A stretch of 64,000 bases of DNA, from positions 35,798,704-35,862,703 of the forward strand of contig CM074521.1 in assembly GCA_037379345.1 (NCBI GenBank). Direction: 5' to 3'. The notes beneath the pieces are model-generated. The model saw only the letters and a list, made by a program, of their open reading frames with translations. It ran no database searches and had not been told where the DNA came from. This DNA is from Perna viridis. Lineage: Eukaryota. Position numbers and translations under genes: made by a program. Below are positions 1 through 11,000 of this stretch, one piece after another (within the stretch, counting starts at the first letter, position 1; every line of letters begins with the position of its first letter).

Positions 1-427
1 GATATTCCATTGTATAGGATATATTTTCTCCATATCCATACACTACATGTATGGTTGTATTGAGTGTAATTCAGCAATACGCTGAAGGCCATTCCCATTA
101 ATGTTGTTGGAGACCTATTGGGTGGTTGGGATAGGAGAAACATGATCATAAAATGAATGAAAATCTGGTAAAGTGATGGAAAAAAAACAGATAAATCACT
201 ACTATTATTACATGTATAAAGTTTCTGATCCAAATAACTTAACACAATTTTTTCACCATTAAAAATAAAACCAGCATGTTTTCAATTTTTCTTCATCTAA
301 ACAACAATTCTTTTAAATAAATCCTTGTCCAAGAACAACATTTGTAAAACTCAGCTTAGCATTATTCCTTTTTCATGCATATATTCTATACCACAATCAG
401 ACCTTAGTACATGTATTTATATTCCAG

Positions 428-3412
428 AGAAGAATTTGGCGACCTCAGATGATAATGGAGACTTGGATCCAAACAACAATGCTGGGAAAGAAAAGTTTAA
501 AGGTACATTTTACAAAGACCATGTTACCCTTTGTTATCATTTTGGATGTCAGGATCAAGCACCATAATAGGTCTGTCAAAGTCAATCTTACCTTTGATAT
601 CAAGTTTCAAACCGTAAATAGTGTTATGCATTTTTATTAGGGCCCTGGCACAAAGTGCGGACAACCCTACAGTAATCAGTCTGTCCGTCCGTCTGTAACA
701 AAATAGTTTTTCACACTTTTTTTAAATGCTTGCAGATATTGAGCTGATTTTTAGCTCACCTGGCCCAAAGGTCAAGTCACCTATTACTACAAATATCTCT
801 ATAACTGTAAGAGATATTGGAAAAAAAATGTGACCTTCCTTGTTCGGCTTGATAAGCTCTTCGAAAGTCTTCATTGGGTCCAAGTTGTCAAGTGACTCTT
901 TATGAGAGTTATTGCCCTTGAACGGTATAATTTGCTGGTTTTTGCTGTTTTTGGCTTCTATCTTAAAAACCCATAATGATAGAAAGAAACTTTCAATTGT
1001 TGAAATAAACCTCATGACCAGCCCTACAAAACATCTAACAGAGTCAAAGTTGTGAATTGACTTTTTATAGGAGTTATTGCCCTTGAAAGGCATTTTTTGC
1101 TGTTTTTGGCCTCTATCTTTAAAACCGTAAATGATAGAAAAAAACTTTCAGTTGTTGAAATGATCCTCAAAACCAACCCTATAAAACATCTAACAGAGTC
1201 AAAGTTGTGAAATGACTTTTTATAGGAGTTTTTGCCCTAGAAAGGCGTTTTTTGCTGTTTTTTGCCTCTATCTTTTAAACCGATAACAATATAAAGAAAT
1301 TTTCTCTTAGTGATACAATCCTCTTGACTAGTTCTACAAACCATCTAACAGAGTCAAAGTTGTGAAAATACACTTTACTGGAGTTATTTCCCTTGAAAGG
1401 CGTTTTTTGCTGTTTTTGGCCTCTTTCTTATAAACCTTTTACGATAGAAAAAAACTTTCAGTTGTTGAAACGATCCTCTTGACTAGTTCTACAAACCATC
1501 TAACAGAGTCAAAGTTGTGAATTTATTCTTTACTGGAGTTATTTCCCTTGATAGGTGTTTTTTTGCTGTTTTTAGCTTCTGTCTTAAGATGCATTTAAGA
1601 TAGAAAAAAAACTTTCAGTTGTAGAAATGACCCTAATGACTAGCCCTACAAAACATGTAACAGAGTCGAAGTCGTCAAATGACTCCCAATATGATTTATT
1701 GCCTTTGGAATGCTATTTTTGCTGTTTTTGGCTTCTATTTTAAAAATTGTAAATAATAAGAAGAAACTTTCAGTTGTTGAAATATTCCTTATGACCAGCC
1801 CTACAAAATATTCAACCGAGATGAAGTCGTCAAATGTCTTGTTATTGCCCTTTAATTGCCAAAAAGACCAGGTGAGCGATTCAGGCTCTTTAGAGCCTCT
1901 AGTTTTGTATGTGAGTCTACCCTGAGTTACGGATCAAGTTTACAGGAATGATGTATGGAAGGTCCTTTACTTAGATTGCCGAAATTTTTCCGATCCGCTA
2001 AAAAACATGGCCGCCAGCGCAGATGATAGTTTATCCAGGTGAGCGATACATGCTCAGCCCCTCAGCCTCTGGTCATTCAATCGAGTAACTTACCACAGAG
2101 ATGATATATAGTATTTAGATAGATCTCGAAATAGACACTCATGAGTACTTTCAACAAAACTCTATACTATGACTTTGGATTGCCCCATTGGTGCCTCTTT
2201 TCTTATTTCAACCGTCTAATTTTCATACTTCAAGCAAATAGTCTCAGGGTATCATTAATTTCAGTTAAAGGGAAAAATTTCAAGTATACTAAACAGTATT
2301 TTTCGGTCTAAATGAGTTAAAATTTAGTATGACTTCTCACCCTCACACATGTTTGAGAATTCCCTGCTGTAATGATTTTTTTTTACATTAAATCACTTTA
2401 ACGAGTATAATTCTTTAAGGCCAGAAAAAAGTATTTGTGTTTCTGGTTTCATGGCCCCCAAAAAGTGTCACTAGAAAGGCATTAGTTTTTTTTATTTTGA
2501 TTTTTTACTTAAGAGTTAATGGAAACTTAATGGTGCTTAGCGGTGCTTAAGCAAAAATGGCAATAAAAAGTCTAGGGTCTGCATGAAAAACTAGGGTAGG
2601 AAGGGAAACCAGAAACACACATATTTTTTAATTTGGCCTAACCTTTTTTGGATAAAATAGATCGTTAGCTTTTTATATACATTTTGTTTTCAGGTACATG
2701 TACAAAAGTGCAAGATATTACTTCAAGTAAATCAAGAGATTCAATTACTTCAAAACAGCCGGAAGAATTGGATAGATCTAGTAAATTATGGAAGACTTCT
2801 AGTGTGAAAAGGCTTATTGATCTACACATCGAAAATGAACATAAGTTTAATAAACAAGGCTGCAAAAAAAAGGTAATATGGCAAGAAATAACAGATCAAA
2901 TAAATATCATGGGAAATAACTTTAATTATCAGCAGGTGGAACAGAAATGGAAAAATCTTACAAAATCGTTTAGAGCAACTGTAGACCACAACAATAAGAG
3001 TGGAAATGACAAAAAAGAATGCCCATTTTTCAAGGAGCTTGAGGAAGCATATGGTTACAAAGCCAATGTTAAACCAGTTTTTACTCTAGGCTCTATCACC
3101 AAAGATAATGATTTTGGCAGTGATAACGAATCAGTTGCTGAGAGTGATAGTCTAGGTAATTCTGAGACTAGTGACAGTCCACCGACAAAACGAAAAACAG
3201 ATTGTTTGTCAATTTCAGAGGATACACCACAAAAGCAAGCAAAAAAGAAAACAAGTCATGTTTTTACCTTGATGGAAACCATGAGAGAAGATTACAAAAA
3301 AGAGCAGGAGGAACTACTGTCTGAACTCAAAAAACAACATTGCGATAAAATGGAAAAAGAAGACAAAAAACTTGAACTTATGTCTCAGATGGTTGCTTTA
3401 ATGAAAAAATAA
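428..3412 (+). CDS. Harbinger-associated Myb/SANT-like (trihelix/MADF-type) DNA-binding protein, 3' exons; 5' end not located and probably upstream of the window
   Basis: Exon 2694-3412 follows tttcag and encodes W...LI...W.EI...QVEQKWKNL.KSFR...CPFFKELE (Myb/SANT-like) plus a C-terminal coiled-coil-like stretch. Candidate upstream exon 428-502 (ttccag...AAG|gtacat) is phase 1/phase 1 and joins in frame. The gene is convergent with a Harbinger transposase. Confidence 0.85.
751..1903 (+). mobile_element. Helentron-type non-autonomous element (HINE-like) carrying about 6 tandem ~155 bp monomers
   Basis: Subterminal IR gctcacctgg (754-763) / ccaggtgagc (1868-1877), 3' hairpin aggctct-tt-agagcct (1883-1898), insertion in a T run. 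Monomer anchor catctaacagagtc recurs near 1031, 1186, 1341, 1496, 1653. Flanked by pieces of related elements (about 636-750 and 1904-2072). Confidence 0.75.
2419..2638. mobile_element. MITE with TAA target-site duplication (Tourist/Harbinger-type)
   Basis: taa|GGCCA...gtatttgtgtttctggtttc at left and gaaaccagaaacacacatat...TGGCC|taa at right: about 30 bp imperfect TIR and a 3 bp TAA TSD. Confidence 0.75.
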
Positions 3413-4630
3413 GATTCCTTTTGTAATTGTTTTCAGGTTTTTGTATGACAGCAAAGTTTTTGTGATCATTATGTTATGGTGATGTCGTTGTATGTGGACA
3501 TTTTGTTTCTGTGCGATAACATGGGGAAATATTGATCAATTGTTATAAAATTTTGATATGATGTTTGTAGCCAGTAAAATAAGTTAGGTATAGTACTATG
3601 GGTTTGTGACCGCTACCGTTTTAGAAAAAGGGACAAAAGGGGCCAAAACAGTTGTACTGACAAATCTGCTGTAAAATATTCATTCAAGTTTGAAAATTCT
3701 TTTTTTTTATTGAATTCTTCATTAAACTCTGTCAACTAAATGTGTCTATTGATTTGATATATGTTGCACTGTTACTTTGCTATTGGAGGGGATGAGCAAA
3801 GATGTACCACACCCCAAAAATCAACTTTTTTATTTTACGTTAGATTTTCAAATTTTTAGAAAATTGTCAATCCACTAAAGGCTGCATGCATATGTGTCTA
3901 GAGCAATTGACTATCCATGATATTGGGCCTCAAACATACAGGGTTCAACATGTTCCTGTTGTATCGACATTCTGCACTCAGCGAAGCTTTTTGGCATTGG
4001 GTATTATGAGCTTAGGTGCTTTCATTTATTATTTTTATTTCATTCATTTTAAATGTTGGAATACATTTTGAAATAAAATTTTTATTGATTTTCATGATTC
4101 GATTTGTGAGATTTGTCAAAAATGGAAGTCTTTTCATCTCCAGCTATTAATAATCCCAGCAAACAAACTTGGAATTTATCTGTCTAACACTTACTAAGAA
4201 TAAACAACATAAATATACATGTATGCTGCTGTATAATTTTTAAGCAGAGCCAGACATACATATATGTATTTCTTCACCAGTGACAGTTTACTTTTCAGAA
4301 AGTTTGATGAACACCTCCATTTAATTATTATAGACAATAAAGAGATGTGGAAAATGGGTATGCGACACAACCAACACAAACAAACAGGACTTAAAATCAC
4401 AATGAAAAACAGCCAGCAGTCTTCAACATGACCAGAGGTCAATGCGCACAGTCTTGCATTGGCCCAAGACTTGAAATACAATTCACAAGATCCAATACCA
4501 ATCCCTATATTATCAATGAAAGACCAAACAATGAACACAGGTCATGAAGATGACAAGGTCAAACAAAAACTTTGACAAAGATTTCTGGCTTAGGAGAGGC
4601 ACATATGTGGTGGGGTTAAACTAGTTTTTT

Positions 4631-5806
4631 TTATCCACCTATTATTATTACAATAGACTGTCGCTTTTGTTCTGCAGAGGGTTGCCTTGGTAGAAAATCA
4701 TGGAAGTCATTGACTTCTTCATTGTCTCTCAGTCCTTCTTCAAGGTATTCACCAAAGTCATCTTCATTCAATAAACAAAGCTCGTGTAAAACGCAACAGC
4801 TTAGTATGAATTTTACAATTTGAGGAATATCCAACATGTCAACATATTTTAAACGACGAAACCTCCCTTTTAAGGCACCAAAAGCTTGTTCAATAGGCAT
4901 GCGAGTAGACGAATGAATGAAATTGTATCTTTTCTGCTCAACACTGAGATTTCCAAAGTCTTTATAAGGTGTCATCAACCAGTTACTCAACCCATAAGCT
5001 GAATCCCCGATCAAATGTGTATTTCCAGGAAACATTTCTTCCTTATTATTTGAAACTTTGTCAAACAACGGTGAATTTTTTAAAACCCTAGAATCATGTA
5101 CTGACCCGGGCCATCCGCAAAACACGTCATGGAAATGTAAATTTCTGTCACATACAGCTTGCAAAACAACAGAGGGAAATTTTTTTCTGTTGTAATATTG
5201 TTCTGCATCTACAGAGGGTGTCCTAATTGGGATATGAGACCCATCAATGGCACCCAAGATACCTGGAAACCCCTTTGCTGCGAAAAAAGCCTCAGTTATT
5301 CTCTGTACATGCATCCCTGTTGGCCACTTGATTAAACTGGGCAACATAAAACTACATATTATAGATGAAGTGCGGCGTACTACAAAATGTACGGTTGCTT
5401 CACATACACCAAAATTATCTGCTATATCTCTAAGTGTTTGCTGAGAACAGGCATACCTTATATATATTAATAATTGTTTCTCAACAGATATTCTCATGTA
5501 ACCACCCTTATTTCCCACAGTTAACTTCTCTGACAGGTGTTGAATCAATTTGTCAAAAGTTGACCGATTCATTCTAAATCTGTTTCTAAAATCATCAGGG
5601 GTGTAAGCAGGTACTACACTTTCAACAAAGTTTTCCACTCTTGGAATTTTCCTGCGCTCATGGATGCATGCCAGAAATGCATCAAACATACCTCTTTTCT
5701 TAATATGTTGACTTATTTTAACATAGCTATTTTTCTCGAGCTCTTCGTCACCCTCAGATAACAATTGTATCAATAAATTGATTTGAAACTGTTGACAGTC
5801 AGCCAT
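4631..5806 (-). CDS. PIF/Harbinger DDE transposase (HARBI1-like), intronless and uninterrupted, about 391 aa from ATG 5806
   Basis: Motifs FR.RFRM.R..F, helix-turn-helix-like LRDIADNFGV, and catalytic GAIDGSHI / IGDSAYG / PIEQAFG, plus WPGSVHDSRV. Start context aaacATGG. Confidence 0.93.
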   Translation of the reverse strand: MADCQQFQINLLIQLLSEGDEELEKNSYVKISQHIKKRGMFDAFLACIHERRKIPRVENFVESVVPAYTPDDFRNRFRMNRSTFDKLIQHLSEKLTVGNKGGYMRISVEKQLLIYIRYACSQQTLRDIADNFGVCEATVHFVVRRTSSIICSFMLPSLIKWPTGMHVQRITEAFFAAKGFPGILGAIDGSHIPIRTPSVDAEQYYNRKKFPSVVLQAVCDRNLHFHDVFCGWPGSVHDSRVLKNSPLFDKVSNNKEEMFPGNTHLIGDSAYGLSNWLMTPYKDFGNLSVEQKRYNFIHSSTRMPIEQAFGALKGRFRRLKYVDMLDIPQIVKFILSCCVLHELCLLNEDDFGEYLEEGLRDNEEVNDFHDFLPRQPSAEQKRQSIVIIIGG

Positions 5807-6903
5807 GTTTATCAAACTTAAAAAGAAAACCTACTTGTTTATTTAAAATTAGAAAACCATAAGTTGGTTTTGAACCAGTTCCAAACCAGTTTTCAAAACC
5901 GAGAACCAAAACCGAAACCAGTTTTCTAGCGATAAATTCGCCCATACATTTATACATTTCACTGCATCTTTCCTTAGGGTGTACCTACATGGATGTGTTG
6001 AACTTTGCTATGTCATGTTAAGGATTGACCATTTCGCTTAATGTAGGTTTGTTGCTCTAAATATGGATTTTTTAAGATAATGAGTTTTTAGTTTAACAAA
6101 AGCTAAAAGTGTGGTATCTGTCAGTTACATTGAATAAGGTTATTTCTGTACTGAAATTCTCAAGTCCCATTACTCTGAAAGGAAGCTGAAAAGTTGTTAT
6201 AGATATTAACATGAAGTTACAAGTATTATAACTTTTTTCTTACATTATTGTGTAAAAAATCAAAGTAATAAAGTTGGTGCCATTTTCCTGATATTTTGAA
6301 TCTTTCGGAAAAAGAACGCAAAGGAACTTCTTGCAATCAATAATTTAATTCAAGCAGCTATTTTCCTGTGCATTTCTTCTGTACTGGCTCTTCAGAGACA
6401 ATTGTAGAGGAATTCAGAGAAATTCATTAGCATTTACTTAAGTTATATGTATATAGTTCAATTCTATGAAATGCTTGCTTTTGGTCCTAATGGTTGAGGG
6501 CATATCTCCCAAAATCAATATCAACCTTCCTTTTTGGATTTGAAACTGTATAATTTAATGCAAACAAATAGTTTGGCTTTATCTTAACTCATATTAATGG
6601 ATTAAATGATTTAATTGCAATTCATTTTACACATTATCCATAATGTAACCATTTGACTAGTGGAATTTCAACCTCTGACATCAAATATGATGCATATTTA
6701 TTTCTGGTTTATCTCCCATTAATAAGCCAAAATATATTTATATTTAACCATATAAAATATTTTTAATCTATAACTTTCTTATTTAGTTTCCTGTTTTTTG
6801 GGTTTTTGGTTTTTTTTTTTTTTTTGGTTTTGTTTTGTTTTTGTTTTTGGTTCACTTCTATTAAATTAATTTTGATGTTCTAATACATTATAGATGTTAA
6901 TTG

Positions 6904-6907
<4 letters not shown>

Positions 6908-6976
<69 letters not shown>
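6908..6976. repeat. (TC)n microsatellite
   Basis: Perfect dinucleotide run. Confidence 0.98.
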
Positions 6977-6978
<2 letters not shown>

Positions 6979-7390
6979 ATTTTATTTTCATTCTCAAAAC
7001 TACTAATTCCTCCCACAATATTCTCCCATCCTATAACCAAATTTGATCTGGTAATAACATTTCATATGATATAAACATGTAGTGTCAGCTTCACTATGTT
7101 GTAACGGCTATAAAATTACTTATCTTTAATCTAATAGATAGTAAATAAACAAAAACTACTGGTGTTCAGGGCCATAAATCTATGCACCTGTGTTTATAAT
7201 TGCATGATACTATGGGAAAGTTAATCTGGTTTGTGATATTAATTTGACTTAATAATACTGATAACTCTCTAAAACTTGCAAAACTAATACATAACAATAC
7301 TAGATAATAGCAATAAATAAATAGACAAACTTCTTCACATATGAATGAATGACGATCATATATTTTATCAAAATACTAAGCTTAATAATT

Positions 7391-7582
7391 CTCATATAAA
7401 ACCAAGTACAATATAAAGCATATACACCTACCAATCTATGGGACTATGTTATAATAGTCTACGGGTACATGTATAACATACAGGGTCATATAAAACCAAG
7501 TACACTATAAAGCATATAAACATACCAATCTATGGGACTATGTTATAATAATCTACAGGTACATGTATAACATACAGGGTCA
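7391..7582. repeat. Tandem duplication, 2 x ~95 bp
   Basis: The unit tcatataaaaccaagtaca...acatacaggg is repeated with few mismatches. Confidence 0.9.
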
Positions 7583-8065
7583 GTACATATCTCCTGAAAT
7601 TAAGAAACAAAACATAGATACCCGGATCAAAGCGATAAACCCATCATATAATATTCTTAATTCAATACCAGACTGTAACAACTGAAAGAACAAAACCACT
7701 TTGCGGAGTAAATAAAATAAAATATTTTAACGACCCGGCGTGAAAATTAGGAATATTGACAGTCATCATTTAGAAACATTTGTCATATTTATGTATTGAT
7801 TAAAATCCTAATTCATGTAAAGAAGCATGAAATCTTCTATATTTATAACTAGTCTCTGCCACGGGGCGTTAGAACGGCGAATTTTTTCTATACTACCCCC
7901 TATTAAGCTTAAGTCGAAGTAAAGTAAAAAGGTCCGTTTCAGAAATGGTATAACTAATTACCCAGAAAATCTTCCACACCTTTTGTAATGGGTTTCTCTC
8001 CCCTATACTATAATACCCCTGTTTTTCTCGAGCGACGAACGTGTTTTATTCGAATAATAACAGTA

Positions 8066-11000
8066 ATGTTCTGTGGAAGCGAAGAATCCGACAATGACAG
8101 ATTACAAGATGCTGCCCTGCTTGTTGATGACGTCGGTCTCGAGGATTTTGACCTTGACATTCCTCCAACAACGGGTAATGAGTACTTACGGAGAGTTAGG
8201 TGTGTTTGTTTTAAAATTACTGAAGCCGTGAAGGGGGCATTTAAGAAAGCATAAATCTTAACAATTTTATTCATTACTAGATCTAGCGAGCGAAGCTTGC
8301 ACTGAATTCTATAGGGATTATGCTAAAATGGAGTGAGCATTTCCTATATCAAATACGAATACAAATATTTATTCGTTCAAACGCATTTACATTAAATGGT
8401 TCTGACACAATACACAAATCAAACATACAAAAAATGACAGTTCTAATAATAACCATAATGAAAATCTGGAGCGTAGCAACCACTGTGAGCTTAACTGTAC
8501 TTGTACCGTTTGTGCGAGATTAAGAATAGTCAAAGACATAAAACCCTTTAGGCTTAAAGGGTTTGCAAGTGCAATATTTTTATTTATATTTCAGTAGCAT
8601 GCGAAATCAGTATTTTTTAATTGAAAAATTGCCTTGTTGAATAATGAGGGAGTATTTTTTTTTTCAATGATTGAGTGAAGAAAAGTTTTTTTATTTTATA
8701 TTGTTTGTTTTTTTTCAAAAAACATCCCAGAGATACTCGTAGGTACATCAATGTTTTTCCCGAACTTTTTAAGAACATAGCATATTCACGTCTTTTAAGT
8801 AAAAAAAACAGAACGACTCGAATTCTATCAGATAAGAAGTTATTTTTACTGAAACATAATCCTAACCTATATATTTTTGTTTGATTGATTTAAGGAATTG
8901 TTAATTTTCTCAATAAGGACAGACACTTTTTGTTACTTTTGGGTCATCACATTTTTTTTGCGTTAGTATATTGGGGAACCTTAAGGGAAATTAAGAAAGT
9001 TCACTATAAATTCATTACACTGATACTTGATAACCTTTTGTCTATGCAAGACACTACTCTTGATCTATTGAAGCTTCAGAAATTGTAAAAATGCTTGCAA
9101 GACAAAAGATTTAAAAGATGTCAATGTTATTTAATCAGAATTACTCTGATTTGAAGCACCCTGTGCAGGTCCGGATGTCAAAAGAATAGGCCTGCAGCAG
9201 CGCTAAGCTTGTTGTAAAAGGCGACTAAATAGTGCTCAGAAACCTAGCCGGGGGCTAGGCGCTCTGCCTACAGAGCAACTGGGATGTATGCCCCAGGTGG
9301 TGGAATGGGGTACCGCTGGCGTGTTACATGCTGGGGTTGTCAGGCTGTAATACAGAAAACCTGACTGCAACAGGGCTGCTCTGGCTTCCAAAATTCTGTC
9401 GCCAGAAAAATCGCCAGCTGCCATTTTCTGTCATCAGTTTTCAGAAAGTAGAGCCAAAGGGTGCCAAAAAAAATTATACTTTTTAAAAAAAAGAGACAAT
9501 ATAAGTCCACTGATGAATTATCTTTGTCAATTCATCAGAATAACCTCTCCATTCATGACATACATGTACCCAAGATTCACTCTTGATGCATGTATAAAGT
9601 AGGTTTTTTGCTCCAATCTGTCACTTTCATATGTATAAAATGAAGAAGTACTATTCCAGAAACAGATATTTTACTTCTATCAAAGACTTTATATTACTAT
9701 TCTCATATAGTCAATGATTTTAAAACATGTTCACCTTTGTCCTTTATGGGCTAATTTATTTAATACAATATAATTTATTTTTTTTTATTTTTAACAAACT
9801 TGATTCTTTTTCTCAAGTGATAAAATTTCTATCGAACTACATTTTGTACCATGGACCATTAACTGTGTCCCTGTTTAAGGTTCAGCTAAAGTCAATATCT
9901 AGGACATTCCTTACTGAAATGTTTTCATTTATAGTTTTGATAATACATTAAATTTAGCACAGAAACATTGATTAATGCATTTTTATACATAGATGACACA
10001 CAAGCACATGTCAAACTTAGCAACACATGTTTTATAAGGTCTGTATAACATTAACAACAAAAATGTAAACAACATATTTTAGAATAAATTTACAGCTGTC
10101 AAAAGCATGATTTGACATCTGGAATTCAGATAGTTCTGTTCCTAAATGAATAATGCAGTACAAGCTAGCAATAATTTGTGACAAACTGCTAAATCTGAAC
10201 GAAAACTTTAATATTTCATGTTTATTGGTGTTGGTATTTAGTTATGTAACAGGGCGGGTTTAGACAATATGCTTATCCGTACCCCCTGTGTACTAGAATG
10301 GTCTAGAATTGCTTTTTTTTATATCTGTATATATCTGTCAGAACAAATAGAAAGAAAACCTGTAAAGTACTCTATACGAACCTTCAAACGAAACAACAGA
10401 CGACAGACCTTATATCAACAGTTAACGACGACAGTGTGTACCATAATGTTGCAGCATTCTAGACTAGTTCATTCCACTGATATCTGAGCTTTTTAAATGG
10501 CAATAAGACTCTAGACTTTCTAAGTTTTCATATTTAATATACCAGAACATCAACATTTGTAAACATCAGTATAAATATTTCAAATTCAACAATGTAAAAA
10601 GTTTGTGTAAATGTTTCAAAAATAGAAGTAACTTATGCAATAGCACTTTTCAAAAACAATATGGCTTTTAAATAAACGGCACTGGCAAGGTAAATAAAGA
10701 GGACGGACTAAAAATTAACCCAAAAGAGAATGCACAGTTATGACGGACCTAAATTAGCGAAGTAAGCTTTATATTTTACTTTTTACTTCATTTTAAAGTC
10801 AGAATTTAGTTTGAATTTTAGCAAAGTTTAAAATCAAACTACTTAAGTTTTCAAACCAACATTTTGATGGAGTTTCCCCTGATATGTATCAGGTTTCCAA
10901 AAGTTAGTAAGAAAATAGAAGGATTTATACAAATTCTATGATCTATGAAACATACTTCTTAAGCAAATTCCAAGAAAATGTGTAAATTACACATTTAGAC

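Larger units (their letters stand above)
1..5943. mobile_element. PIF/Harbinger DNA transposon (two-gene type); right end near 5943, left end probably outside the window
   Basis: Transposase plus Myb gene pair. Putative terminus reads GGGCGAATTTATCG on the - strand (5930-5943), preceded by clustered AAACC subterminal motifs at 5826-5925. No matching left TIR or TSD was seen. Confidence 0.7.

Noticed and set aside
722-1925. ORFs of 123 aa and 71 aa
   Set aside because: Translations of satellite monomers inside a HINE-like element.
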